Below are positions 22,374 through 32,397 of a stretch of 64,000 nt of DNA, one piece after another (the first letter of the stretch is position 1; every line of letters starts with the position of its first letter). The notes below the pieces were generated by a model. It saw only the letters and a list, made by a program, of their open reading frames with translations. It had not been told where the DNA came from and made no database searches. The DNA lies in the NCBI GenBank assembly GCA_949297275.1, contig CASFQR010000002.1, positions 3,202 through 67,201 on the forward strand, written 5' to 3'. A program made the position numbers and the translations under genes. This stretch comes from an uncultured bacterium. Its GTDB lineage: Bacteria > Bacillota_I > Bacilli_A > RFN20 > CAG-826.

Positions 22374-22667
22374 ATGAAAGAATATTCTAAAGAAATCTTA
22401 ATAGACGCAGCGAATCGCTTACTCTTCGATATGTTAGATGAAGAATACGATACGCTTTTAAATGAATTTGACATCATCATTCGTCAAATGTCTTTACTTG
22501 GTGATGATGCAGATATCGATTCATATCCGCCGGCTACTTTTCCTTTTGAATGTTCGACTGACTATCTTAGAGACGATGTACCATCAACTCCTTTAAAACA
22601 AGAAGAGGCTTTAAAAAACGCTCATAATCAGGAAGATGGTCAAATTAAATTACCGAAAGTTGTATGA
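22374..22667 (+). CDS. gatC: Asp/Glu-tRNA amidotransferase subunit C
   Basis: 97 aa, directly upstream of and overlapping gatA (ATGA). Confidence 0.85.
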   Translation: MKEYSKEILIDAANRLLFDMLDEEYDTLLNEFDIIIRQMSLLGDDADIDSYPPATFPFECSTDYLRDDVPSTPLKQEEALKNAHNQEDGQIKLPKVV

Positions 22668-24130
22668 AAAAATATCTTGAATATAACATCTATCAACTCC
22701 ATCAAGCTTATTTAAATAAGGAAGTGACTCCTTTAGAAGTTACGAAAGAAGTTCTTGCTGCTTTAAAGAATGATCAAAATAACGCGATTGAATATTTGAT
22801 GGAAAAAGAAGCTTTAAAGAAGGCTGCTGAATTAGTTGATTGTCCGCCTGACAATTATTTTTGGGGTATACCTTTTGCGATTAAAGATAATTTCTCAACA
22901 AAAGATGTTCCTACTACTGGAAGTTCAAATATTTTAAATGGTTATATTCCTTTATATAATGCAACAGTTGTTCAAAAACTTTACGATTTAGACGCTATTC
23001 CCGTTTGTAAAGCGACGCTTGATGAATTAGCGATGGGCGGCACTGGCACAAGCGGACATTTAGGCCCAACTTTTAATCCTTATGATCCAACTCATCAACA
23101 TCTAATTGGCGGCTCTAGTTCTGGCTCAGCAGCTTTAGTGTCCTCGGGGATTATTCCCTTTTCTTTAGGTAGTGATACGGGTGATTCAATTCGTAAACCA
23201 GCTAGTTATAGTGGTCTAGTTGGTTATAAGCCAACTTGGTCATTAATTTCCCGTTTTGGTTTATTTCCTTTCGCGCCTTCTTTAGACACTGTCGGCTTTT
23301 TTACTCGCTCGGTTTTTGATGCTTCCCTTGCTTTAGAAGCGCTTGCGGGTCATGATTATAACGATGCAACATCCGCTATTAAAGAACATGTTTTTTATAG
23401 TAAAAATATTAATAATTTTAAAAATGATTATCGCTTAGCAACCATTAAAGAAATTGATGAAGCAATCACCGATCAAGACATTTTAAAATCTTATAAAGAT
23501 TTATTAAATAAAATTAAGAAATTGGGTGTCGTCGTGGAAGAAGTTTCTTTATCGAAAAAATTATTAGAAACGCTTTTTCCAACTTATTTTGTAATTTCTT
23601 GTGCGGAAGCTACGAGCAATAACGCTAATCTAGATGGGATTAAATTTGGTCCTTATTATGATGGTAAAACTTACCAAGAAGTGATGATGAATGCTCGAAC
23701 GAAAGGCTTTAGTGAACTAATTAAAAGAAGATTCGTCTTTGGCTCTTTTGCCTTAATGAAAGAAAATCAAAACGATTTATTTATTCGTGCGAAAAGAAAC
23801 CGTCAACGCATTATTAGCGAAATTAATAAAATATTTTTACAATATGATTTTATTCTATCGCCAGCCGCTGGTGGGGTAGCTCCAACTTTTAATAATAATC
23901 AATTAGATAAATTAAGCGATGAATATTTAATTGCCGAAAACCATTTGGTAATTGGTAATTTTGCTGGCCTTCCTTCCATCACCTTACCTTTAGGATTTAA
24001 AGATCATTTACCTTTTGGAGTAAATCTATCGGGTAAACCATTTAACGATCAAGATGTTTTAATTATGGCCAAGAAGATTGAAGAACTTACCGGCTTAGAA
24101 AATATTTCGATTAAGAGGTACCAAAAATGA
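22664..24130 (+). CDS. gatA: Asp/Glu-tRNA amidotransferase subunit A
   Basis: Amidase signature GGSSSGSAALVSSG...GSDTGDSIRKPAS. Confidence 0.95.
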   Translation: MKKYLEYNIYQLHQAYLNKEVTPLEVTKEVLAALKNDQNNAIEYLMEKEALKKAAELVDCPPDNYFWGIPFAIKDNFSTKDVPTTGSSNILNGYIPLYNATVVQKLYDLDAIPVCKATLDELAMGGTGTSGHLGPTFNPYDPTHQHLIGGSSSGSAALVSSGIIPFSLGSDTGDSIRKPASYSGLVGYKPTWSLISRFGLFPFAPSLDTVGFFTRSVFDASLALEALAGHDYNDATSAIKEHVFYSKNINNFKNDYRLATIKEIDEAITDQDILKSYKDLLNKIKKLGVVVEEVSLSKKLLETLFPTYFVISCAEATSNNANLDGIKFGPYYDGKTYQEVMMNARTKGFSELIKRRFVFGSFALMKENQNDLFIRAKRNRQRIISEINKIFLQYDFILSPAAGGVAPTFNNNQLDKLSDEYLIAENHLVIGNFAGLPSITLPLGFKDHLPFGVNLSGKPFNDQDVLIMAKKIEELTGLENISIKRYQK

Positions 24131-25557
24131 ATTTTGAAGCAGTCATTGGATTAGAAATTCATGTGGAATTAAAGACGAAATCGAAAATGTTTTCTAGCGC
24201 TCCAAATGTTTATGGTGCGCTACCCAATAGCCAAGTGGCTCTTTTAGATATGGCTTTTCCTGGGACATTACCAACCGTTAATCAAGAAGCTGTTAGATAT
24301 GCGATTCGCGTCGCTAATGCCCTTCATATGCAAATTGATGATGAATTGCACTTTGATCGTAAAAATTATTTCTATTCCGATTTACCTAAAGGTTATCAAA
24401 TTACTCAAAATGAACGCCCAATTGGTAAAGAAGGTTATTTAGAAATTGAAACCGATGATGGTTTAAAACAAATCGCAATTGAGCGACTGCATATTGAAGA
24501 AGATACTTGCAAACAACTACATTTTTCTGATTACTCATTACTCGACTATAATCGCGCGGGTGTACCATTAATTGAAATCGTTTCTAAACCCGTCATGCAT
24601 AGTGGTCTAGAAGCGATGAAATATGTCGAAAAGATTCGTTCAATTGTCACTTTTAGTGAAGTTAGTGATGGCAAGATGGAAGAAGGCTCCTTAAGGTGCG
24701 ATGTTAATATTTCTTTAAGACCTTATGGGGCGAAAGAATTTGGCACAAAAGTTGAAATTAAAAATATTAATTCTATTTCTTACATTCAAAAAGCGATTGA
24801 TTTTGAAATGCTTAGACAAGCTAAGATTTTGCTTAGTGGTGGGTTAATTGCTCAAGAAACTCGCCGCTATGATGAAATGAAAAAAGAAACGATTTTAATG
24901 CGGGTAAAAACGGACGCTGTTGATTATAAATATTTTGCGGAACCTAATATTATTCCAATTAAATTAAGCAAAGAATTTGTTCAGGATGCAATTATGAGTT
25001 GCCCTGAATTAAAAGATGATTTAATTAAACGATTTTCTAAACAGTATCAGTTATCAAAATATGATATTTCCTTATTAACAATGAATAAAGATATTGCTTA
25101 TTACTATGATGAATGCGCGAAATATTCTTCTAATTACAAAGCGATTGCTAACTGGATTAATGTTGATATTAATACAGTCTTAAATAAAAGCAATTCTTCA
25201 ATCAAAGATTTTAATATTACTCCTAAGATGTTATGTGATTTAATAAAGATGATTGATTCTAAAGAAATTAATAACTCGCAAGCTCGTGAAATCTTCACTT
25301 ATATGGTGAATCAAGGTGTGGATGCCCTAACAGCCAAAAAGGCTCTAGGTATCACTTCACAGATTCTTGATACAGATTTTATTGGACGCTTGGTAAAAGA
25401 AGTTATTAACGAATTCCCTGAATCAGTTATTGATTTTAAAAATGGTAAAGATCGGGCTTTAGGTTTTATGGTCGGCAAAGTTATGGCAAAATCTAAAGGC
25501 AAAGCAAACCCCAAAATTGCTAGTGATATGCTTTTAGAAGAAATAAAAAATAGTTGA
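24127..25557 (+). CDS. gatB: Asp/Glu-tRNA amidotransferase subunit B
   Basis: N-terminus FEAVIGLEIHVEL plus DYNRAGVPLIEIVS and a C-terminal YqeY-like tail. Confidence 0.95.
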   Translation: MNFEAVIGLEIHVELKTKSKMFSSAPNVYGALPNSQVALLDMAFPGTLPTVNQEAVRYAIRVANALHMQIDDELHFDRKNYFYSDLPKGYQITQNERPIGKEGYLEIETDDGLKQIAIERLHIEEDTCKQLHFSDYSLLDYNRAGVPLIEIVSKPVMHSGLEAMKYVEKIRSIVTFSEVSDGKMEEGSLRCDVNISLRPYGAKEFGTKVEIKNINSISYIQKAIDFEMLRQAKILLSGGLIAQETRRYDEMKKETILMRVKTDAVDYKYFAEPNIIPIKLSKEFVQDAIMSCPELKDDLIKRFSKQYQLSKYDISLLTMNKDIAYYYDECAKYSSNYKAIANWINVDINTVLNKSNSSIKDFNITPKMLCDLIKMIDSKEINNSQAREIFTYMVNQGVDALTAKKALGITSQILDTDFIGRLVKEVINEFPESVIDFKNGKDRALGFMVGKVMAKSKGKANPKIASDMLLEEIKNS

Positions 25558-25574
25558 GATTTGAGGAGATTTTT

Positions 25575-26600
25575 ATGTTAAAAGGGTATGTTTTAGTTAC
25601 AGGTGGTACGGGTTATATTGGTTCCCACACCGTCGTCGAATTACTTAATAGTGATTACAAAGTAGTCATTGTTGATAATTTATGTAATTCCAAAGCTTTA
25701 GTTGTTGATCGCATCGAAAAGATCGCTCATCAGCGACCAGATTTTATTGAGGCTGATGTTCGCGATAAAGAAAAGATGCGCGAAATTTTTAGGAAATATC
25801 CTATTGACGCTGTGATACATTTTGCTGGCTTAAAAGCGGTGGGTGAATCGGTTAAAAAGCCACAACTTTATTACGATAATAATATTGGCTCAACCGAAGT
25901 TCTTTTAGAAGTGATGAAAGAATTTAATTGTAAAAATATCGTCTTTTCTTCAAGTGCGACTGTTTATGGTAATCCTAAACGCATTCCTATTTATGAAGAT
26001 GATCCAACTGGTGAAGTCACTAATCCATACGCTGAAACTAAAGTTAAGATTGAAGTTATTTTAAAAGAATTAGCGAAAGTTGATCCATCGATGAATATTG
26101 CTATTTTACGTTATTTTAATCCAATCGGAGCGCATAAATCTGGTTTAATTGGTGAAGATCCTAACGGCATCCCTAATAACCTCATGCCCTATATTACCCA
26201 AGTGGCGATTGGTAAACTTCCTTTTGTTCATGTTTTTGGCAATGATTATAAAACTAAAGATGGCACAGGTGTTCGCGATTATATTCATGTTGTTGATTTA
26301 GCCTTAGGCCATGTTGCTACCTTAAAGAAATTAGAACAAAATCCCGGTTTAGTTATTTATAATTTAGGCACTGGAATTGGCACTTCAGTTATTGAATTAA
26401 TTGAAGCTTTTAAAACCGCGAATCACATTGATATTCCTTATCAAATTGAAGGTCGTCGCCCAGGTGATATTGATGAATGTTATGCCAATTGCGATAAAGC
26501 CTATTTAGAGATGGGCTGGAAAGCTCAATATAATATGGTTGATTGCTGCAAAGATTCTTGGAATTGGCAATCGCATAACCCTAAAGGATATGAGGAGTAA
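25575..26600 (+). CDS. galE: UDP-glucose 4-epimerase
   Basis: VLVTGGTGYIGSH, SSSATVYG and a YxxxK (PYAETK). GAGGAG lies upstream of ATG 25575; the ORF-track TTG at 25554 overlaps the gatB stop. Confidence 0.9.
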   Translation: MLKGYVLVTGGTGYIGSHTVVELLNSDYKVVIVDNLCNSKALVVDRIEKIAHQRPDFIEADVRDKEKMREIFRKYPIDAVIHFAGLKAVGESVKKPQLYYDNNIGSTEVLLEVMKEFNCKNIVFSSSATVYGNPKRIPIYEDDPTGEVTNPYAETKVKIEVILKELAKVDPSMNIAILRYFNPIGAHKSGLIGEDPNGIPNNLMPYITQVAIGKLPFVHVFGNDYKTKDGTGVRDYIHVVDLALGHVATLKKLEQNPGLVIYNLGTGIGTSVIELIEAFKTANHIDIPYQIEGRRPGDIDECYANCDKAYLEMGWKAQYNMVDCCKDSWNWQSHNPKGYEE

Positions 26601-26608
26601 GTGAGATT

Positions 26609-27571
26609 ATGGAAAAAATTAAAACTTCTTATGTTGGTGCAAGCGGAGATACATTATTAGGCTTCACCTATAAAACTGATCGCAAAGAACCTTTAGGTAA
26701 TATTATTATCGTTACCGGGATGGCTGAATGCGCTTATCGTTATGATGATTTTGCAACCTTTTTAACTGATAATGGGTATGATGTTTATTGCTTTGATCAT
26801 TATGGACAGGGTGAAAATGTTACCGATTTAAATCAATTAGGAATTGTTCCTAAATCTTTTTTCTCCCGTTCAGTGAAAAATTTAGATAAATTAGTGACTA
26901 CTTTAAGAACATCGTGTTTACCTACTTATATTTTTGGTCATTCAATGGGTTCATTTATTGTTCAAGATTATATTCAAAGATATACTCAACATGTTAATAA
27001 AGTTGTCATCTGTGGCTCAAATGGTCCAAATGCTAAATTTTTATATTGGTTTGGTTATCATTTTGCCCGCCTCCTTGTCCATAAAAAGAATCGTGATAAA
27101 CCCGCTAAATTTTTAAATAAATTAGTGATGGAACCTTATTCTAAATCAATTAAGAATCGTCAATCACCAAATGATTGGTTATCGAATATTCCTGAAGTTG
27201 TAAAAGCTTATGACGATGACCCAAAATGCGGTTATCTTCCTAGCAATGGCTTTTTCTTAGAATTATTAAAAGGTAATAATCGTCTTTATAAGAAAAAATT
27301 CTTAAAAAAGATTCGTCCAGATATGAATGTTTTAATCGTTGGTGGTAGTGAAGACCCTGTCGGTGCTAAATCGCGTGGCTTAAAATCTTTAGCGAGATTA
27401 TATATCCGCCTTGGTGTTCAACATGTTGAAACTAAAATCTATTTAGGCGCGCGTCATGAAATTCTTAATGATACCTGTAAAAATGAGGCGTATAAAGATA
27501 TTTTAGATTTCTTAAAGGCCGATGATGGCATCGCTGAAATCATTCAAGAAAAAGTTAAAAAACAATCATAA
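26609..27571 (+). CDS. Alpha/beta hydrolase (lysophospholipase/monoacylglycerol lipase-like)
   Basis: Nucleophile elbow GHSMGS and a C-terminal HE..ND region typical of this family. Confidence 0.75.
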   Translation: MEKIKTSYVGASGDTLLGFTYKTDRKEPLGNIIIVTGMAECAYRYDDFATFLTDNGYDVYCFDHYGQGENVTDLNQLGIVPKSFFSRSVKNLDKLVTTLRTSCLPTYIFGHSMGSFIVQDYIQRYTQHVNKVVICGSNGPNAKFLYWFGYHFARLLVHKKNRDKPAKFLNKLVMEPYSKSIKNRQSPNDWLSNIPEVVKAYDDDPKCGYLPSNGFFLELLKGNNRLYKKKFLKKIRPDMNVLIVGGSEDPVGAKSRGLKSLARLYIRLGVQHVETKIYLGARHEILNDTCKNEAYKDILDFLKADDGIAEIIQEKVKKQS

Positions 27572-27658
27572 AATATTTTCTTATATTTTCTAAATCTATC
27601 TCTTTTTAATAATCCGATAATAAGATAATTTTTATTATTATCTAGCAAATAAAAATTT

Positions 27659-27685
27659 TTAGCACTCTATATTGACAAGTGCTAA
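27659..27685 (+). promoter_or_regulatory. CIRCE operator (HrcA binding site)
   Basis: TTAGCACTC-N9-AAGTGCTAA against the consensus TTAGCACTC-N9-GAGTGCTAA (1 mismatch). It overlaps the clpB promoter. Confidence 0.85.
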
Positions 27686-27699
27686 TTTTTAGCTATAAT
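27672..27699 (+). promoter_or_regulatory. clpB promoter (TTGACA-N16-TATAAT)
   Basis: Perfect -35 (27672-27677) and -10 (27694-27699) hexamers. AGGAGG at 27711-27716 lies 9 nt before ATG 27726. Confidence 0.65.
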
Positions 27700-27725
27700 A
27701 GGCGATGAAAAGGAGGATTTTGCGT

Positions 27726-29843
27726 ATGAATAATGGAATGCCAAATTATGAAAATGATGAAAATATCTTAACTAAATTCGGCCGATTAGTGACCCTAGAT
27801 GTGCGTAGCAATAAGGTTGATCCGATTATTGGTCGCGACGAAGAAATTCGTAAAATAATTACGGTCTTAGCCCGTAAAACTAAAAACAATGTCATCCTTT
27901 TAGGCGAACCAGGTGTTGGTAAAACTGCCATCATTGAAGGTTTAGCCCAACGTATTGTAAATAACGATGTGCCGCAGACCTTACAAAATAAAGATATCTT
28001 TGAACTTGATATGGGAGCTTTAATTGCCGGGGCCAAATATCAAGGGGAATTTGAAGAACGTCTAAAAGCTGTCTTAAATAAAATCAAGAATAGTAATCAT
28101 AAAATTATTATGTTTATCGATGAAATTCATTTGATTGTCGGAGCGGGTAGGACGCAAGGAGCGATGGATGCCTCCAATATGCTTAAACCGATGCTAGCGC
28201 GTGGTGATATTGATTGTATTGGGGCCACAACTTTAAACGAATATCAACAATATATTGAAAAAGATCGCGCCTTAGAAAGACGTTTTCAACCTATTATGGT
28301 GAATGAACCTTCTAAAGAAGATACCTTATCAATATTAAGAGGTTTAAAATCGCGTTTTGAATCGCATCACGGGGTTAAAATCACCGATAATGCTTTAGTG
28401 GCCGCGGTTAATTATAGTGTGAGATATATCACTAATCGTTTTTTGCCAGATAAGGCGATAGATTTAATTGACGAAGCCTCAGCAGAAACGCGGGTAGAAA
28501 TCGAATCAATGCCGCAAGAACTTGATGATGTTAGTCGCAAAATTCGTCAATTAGAGATTGAAAAATTAGCCCTTGAACAAGAAAAAGATGAACAGTCGAA
28601 ACTTCGTTTAGATAAATTAAATGAAGAATTATTATCTTTAAAAGATGAAGCTGACAAATTAACAGTGCAATGGAAAAAAGAAAAAGAAGAAATTTCCAAG
28701 TTAAAAGAATATAAAAATAAATTAGAACAATTAACTTTTTCCCTTAATCAAGCTTATAACGAAGGTGATTATAAAAAAGCGAGTGAAATTCAATATCGCG
28801 ATATTCCCTCATTAAAGAGTAAGATTGAAGAAATTGAGAAAGATGAAAAGAGTTCAAAACGCATTTTATCTGATGAAATTACTGAAAATAATATTGCCGA
28901 AATTGTTTCTAAAATGACTAATATTCCAGTTAATCGTATCACTAAAGGTGATAAGGAAAGAGTTCTTAATTTAGCAAATACATTAAGAAAGCGCGTCATC
29001 GGTCAAGATCAAGCAATCGCCTTAGTTAGTGATGCAATCTTAAGACAAAGGGCTGGCATTAAAGATCAAAATCGCCCAATTGGGAGTTTTCTATTCCTCG
29101 GTCCAACTGGTGTTGGTAAAACCGAAATAGCTAAAGCTCTAGCGGAAGCACTTTTTGATAGTGATACACATATTATTCGCATTGATATGAGTGAATATAT
29201 GGAAAAATATAGTGTGTCGCGTTTATTAGGTGCGCCGCCAGGTTATGTTGGTTATGAAGAGGGTGGTCAATTAACCGAACCAGTGCGACATAATCCTTAT
29301 TCAATTGTCCTTTTTGATGAAATCGAGAAGGCTAATCCTGAAGTTTATAATGTCTTATTACAAATTATGGACGACGGCCGCTTAACTGATTCGCAAGGAC
29401 GAGTTGTTGACTTTAAAAACACGATTATCATTATGACGAGTAATATTGGTAGTGAATTAATTTTAAATAATCAAGAAAAGGAAGTTGATAATTTATTAAG
29501 AGCAACTTTTAAACCTGAATTCTTAAATCGCATCGATGAAATCGTTTATTTCAATAGTTTATCGAAAGATGTGCAATTAGCGATTGCGAGTAAAATGTTA
29601 AGTGATTTATCAAAACGCCTAGCGGGTGAATATTATCAAGTTATTTTTGATAAGAGTGTATCAAGTTATGTTCTAGATTCTGCTTATTCTAGCGATTTTG
29701 GCGCCCGTCCTCTTAAACGCTTTATTCAACATAACATTGAAACTATCTTAGCTAGAATGATTATTAACGAAGAATTGAAAGTTAATAAACCATATCTTGT
29801 TAAATATGATGGTGAATTAAAAATTGAGCTCTTAAAGAAATAA
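27726..29843 (+). CDS. clpB: ClpB disaggregase lacking the N-terminal domain
   Basis: Two AAA+ modules (GEPGVGKTA and GPTGVGKTE) with a long coiled-coil middle domain. The protein begins about 30 aa before NBD1. Confidence 0.93.
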   Translation: MNNGMPNYENDENILTKFGRLVTLDVRSNKVDPIIGRDEEIRKIITVLARKTKNNVILLGEPGVGKTAIIEGLAQRIVNNDVPQTLQNKDIFELDMGALIAGAKYQGEFEERLKAVLNKIKNSNHKIIMFIDEIHLIVGAGRTQGAMDASNMLKPMLARGDIDCIGATTLNEYQQYIEKDRALERRFQPIMVNEPSKEDTLSILRGLKSRFESHHGVKITDNALVAAVNYSVRYITNRFLPDKAIDLIDEASAETRVEIESMPQELDDVSRKIRQLEIEKLALEQEKDEQSKLRLDKLNEELLSLKDEADKLTVQWKKEKEEISKLKEYKNKLEQLTFSLNQAYNEGDYKKASEIQYRDIPSLKSKIEEIEKDEKSSKRILSDEITENNIAEIVSKMTNIPVNRITKGDKERVLNLANTLRKRVIGQDQAIALVSDAILRQRAGIKDQNRPIGSFLFLGPTGVGKTEIAKALAEALFDSDTHIIRIDMSEYMEKYSVSRLLGAPPGYVGYEEGGQLTEPVRHNPYSIVLFDEIEKANPEVYNVLLQIMDDGRLTDSQGRVVDFKNTIIIMTSNIGSELILNNQEKEVDNLLRATFKPEFLNRIDEIVYFNSLSKDVQLAIASKMLSDLSKRLAGEYYQVIFDKSVSSYVLDSAYSSDFGARPLKRFIQHNIETILARMIINEELKVNKPYLVKYDGELKIELLKK

Positions 29844-29859
29844 AATTAGGCACATTTAT

Positions 29860-29894
29860 AAAAATAAGCACTCAAAATAAGTGCTTATTTTTTT
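29860..29894. terminator. Bidirectional rho-independent terminator (clpB / phosphohexomutase)
   Basis: ataagcact-caaaata-agtgcttat followed by T6; an A-run precedes the stem. Confidence 0.8.
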
Positions 29895-29915
29895 ATCTAA
29901 TTTTATAATAGCAAA

Positions 29916-31610
29916 TTAAAGATTATTCATAATATTATCGATTAAAGAAACATATTGATTTAATCTCTTTTCATCGCTAGAAAAGATATATGCTTTAAGT
30001 TTTGGTTCAGTTCCACTAGGTCTAAAAGTAATCGTATCATTATTTATAAAGAAATATTTTACAACATCGCTTTTTGGCAATTTAATTTCTTCGACATGTT
30101 CATTTTCATATTTCTTTGATTCTAAATAATCCGCGTATGCTTCTAATTGTCCAAATTCATAGCGAGTTTTTTCTAAACGGAAGATTTTCATCGCTTCTAA
30201 AATTTTCTCTTTACCTTCAATACCATCTAATTCATAATTTAAAGTTTTAGTTAAGAAATGACCATATTCTTCATATAAAATATTCATTTGATCCACAAGG
30301 GTTTTGCGGCGATTTTTATAATAATTAGCCATTTCGGCAATTAGTAAACAAGCATTAACAGAATCTTTATCGCGAACATCCTTATTAGTTAAATAGCCAC
30401 AACTTTCTTCAAAGCCAAATAAATAATCATCAAGATTATTAGCTTCTTCTAAATATAACATTTGTTCACCAATAAATTTAAACCCCGTTAATACTTCAAT
30501 GACATTAACGCCCATTTTCTTGGCCATAATATTAGCCATATCACTTGAAACAATAGTTTTAATGATAGTAGGGTTAGTGGGTAATTTATTATTTTCTTTT
30601 CGCATTTGATAAATCCAATTAAATAATAAAATTCCAACTTCATTACCAGTTAAAATCACCGGAGTATTATTTTGATTAACAACAACTCCGACACGATCAG
30701 CATCAGGGTCAGTTGCTAACATAATATCTAACCCATGTAAAATTAGATATTTTTCAATGCCTAATTGTAAAGCTTCTTTAAATTCAGGATTAGGATAAGG
30801 AGCAGTAGGAAAATTACCATCTGGTGTTTTTTGTTCTTGGACAATTTCAACAGAAAAGAAACCATCTTCCCTTAAAACATTCGTTACTGGTTTTAAACCT
30901 GTTCCATGTAATGGTGTGTAGACAATGTGTAAATTTCTTTCTTCTTTAGAAAGAGAGTTCGCTAGGGTGGATTTGCGATAAGCTGTCCTCAAATCATCAT
31001 CGATAAATTCAATGTAGCCGTTATACATTAAAGTATCAAAATCGCCAACTTTAATATTTTTAAACATATCGAGTTGTTCGATTTCTTCCATCACCTCATT
31101 CGCGCTTTCATTAGCCATCTGTGCGCCATCATAGCCATAACACTTATAGCCATTATATTGTTTAGGATTATGACTAGCGGTTATTACAATCCCAGCTTCG
31201 CATTTTAAATAGCGAACCGCAAATGATAAAACTGGTGTTGGGGCAATGTCTTCAAATAGATAAACTTTGATTTTATTTTTGCCTAAAACGCGCGCAGCTT
31301 CATAAGCGAATGTCTTAGAATTATTTCGCGTATCATAAGCAATCGCACATTTTGGTTTCTTTTGGTATTTTTTATTTAAATAATTTGCTAAACCTTGAGT
31401 GGCTCTTCTAACGGTGTAGATGTTCATCCTGTTTGTGCCAACTCCCATCACACCTCTTAGACCACCCGTGCCAAATGTTAAATCGCTGCCAAATCGAGAA
31501 ATAATTTCTTCTTCATTATCTTTGATTTTTTCTAATTCAAGATGATCATGACTTAAGAGATTTTTTTCTTTTAACCAGCGATGATATTTATTTAAGATAT
31601 TTTCGTCCAT
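29916..31610 (-). CDS. Phosphoglucomutase/phosphomannomutase (alpha-D-phosphohexomutase)
   Basis: Active-site loop GIVITASHNPKQYNGYK, metal loop TDPDADR and sugar loop GFEESCGY. Confidence 0.9.
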   Translation of the reverse strand: MDENILNKYHRWLKEKNLLSHDHLELEKIKDNEEEIISRFGSDLTFGTGGLRGVMGVGTNRMNIYTVRRATQGLANYLNKKYQKKPKCAIAYDTRNNSKTFAYEAARVLGKNKIKVYLFEDIAPTPVLSFAVRYLKCEAGIVITASHNPKQYNGYKCYGYDGAQMANESANEVMEEIEQLDMFKNIKVGDFDTLMYNGYIEFIDDDLRTAYRKSTLANSLSKEERNLHIVYTPLHGTGLKPVTNVLREDGFFSVEIVQEQKTPDGNFPTAPYPNPEFKEALQLGIEKYLILHGLDIMLATDPDADRVGVVVNQNNTPVILTGNEVGILLFNWIYQMRKENNKLPTNPTIIKTIVSSDMANIMAKKMGVNVIEVLTGFKFIGEQMLYLEEANNLDDYLFGFEESCGYLTNKDVRDKDSVNACLLIAEMANYYKNRRKTLVDQMNILYEEYGHFLTKTLNYELDGIEGKEKILEAMKIFRLEKTRYEFGQLEAYADYLESKKYENEHVEEIKLPKSDVVKYFFINNDTITFRPSGTEPKLKAYIFSSDEKRLNQYVSLIDNIMNNL

Positions 31611-31713
31611 AAATTACCTTCCTTACACGAAATATTATATATTAATTATCTATATTTTAAATATTTTATTATGTCTTTTTTGTCTATATCATCTATTACT
31701 TAAAATGATTTTT

Positions 31714-31722
31714 TGCTATACT
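31714..31722 (+). promoter_or_regulatory. Extended -10 (TGcTATACT) 7 nt upstream of ATG 31730; candidate leaderless promoter
   Basis: ttttgcTATACTaatttttATG with no SD. Confidence 0.5.
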
Positions 31723-31729
31723 AATTTTT

Positions 31730-32395
31730 ATGAAAAAGGAAGATTATTCATCGCCCTTAGATATTGGATATTGTTATAAAAAACAACCCGCTTATGATTT
31801 TTTTAAACGATTTTTTGATATCTTAATTTCTTTATTTTCTTTAATTATTCTCTCCCCCGTCTTTCTTATTTTGATGATTTTAGTTAAAGCGACCTCGAAG
31901 GGTCCGATCTTTTTTAAACATCGACGAGTAGGGAAAGATGGCAAAGATTTTTATGTTTATAAGTTTCGGACGATGAAATATGACTCGCGAAGCATTGAGG
32001 AAACTTTAACAAAAGAAGAATTTGCTGAATATTTAATTGATTTAAAACTTAAAGAAGATCCGCGCGTGACTAAATTTGGGCGTTTATTAAGAAAATCTTC
32101 TTTAGATGAATTACCTCAATTAATTAACATTATCAAAGGTGATATGTCCTTAGTGGGCCCGCGTCCTATTTTACGCGAATACGAATTAGCAAGATTTGGT
32201 AAATATCAAGACTTATTATTAAAAGTTCGTCCGGGTTTAACTGGTTATTGGGGAACGCATGGCCGTAATGATACGACCTATGAAGAACGCATCAAGATGG
32301 AACTATATTATGTCACTAAAAGATCTTTTTGGCTCGATACTAAAATCTTCTTTTTAACCTTTAAAGCAATTTTTACTAAGAAGGGAGCAATTTAA
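31730..32395 (+). CDS. Small initiating phosphoglycosyl transferase (bacterial sugar transferase, WbaP C-terminal/EpsL-like)
   Basis: FKRFFDILISL... re-entrant helix, KFRTM, DELPQLINIIKGDMSLVGPRP. Confidence 0.85.
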   Translation: MKKEDYSSPLDIGYCYKKQPAYDFFKRFFDILISLFSLIILSPVFLILMILVKATSKGPIFFKHRRVGKDGKDFYVYKFRTMKYDSRSIEETLTKEEFAEYLIDLKLKEDPRVTKFGRLLRKSSLDELPQLINIIKGDMSLVGPRPILREYELARFGKYQDLLLKVRPGLTGYWGTHGRNDTTYEERIKMELYYVTKRSFWLDTKIFFLTFKAIFTKKGAI

Positions 32396-32397
32396 AA

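Noticed and set aside
27616-27642. Hairpin gataataa-N11-ttattatc after the hydrolase gene as a terminator.
   Set aside because: The stem is 8 bp and nearly all A/T (one G-C pair) with an 11-nt loop and no adjacent T-run. Predicted stability is weak.
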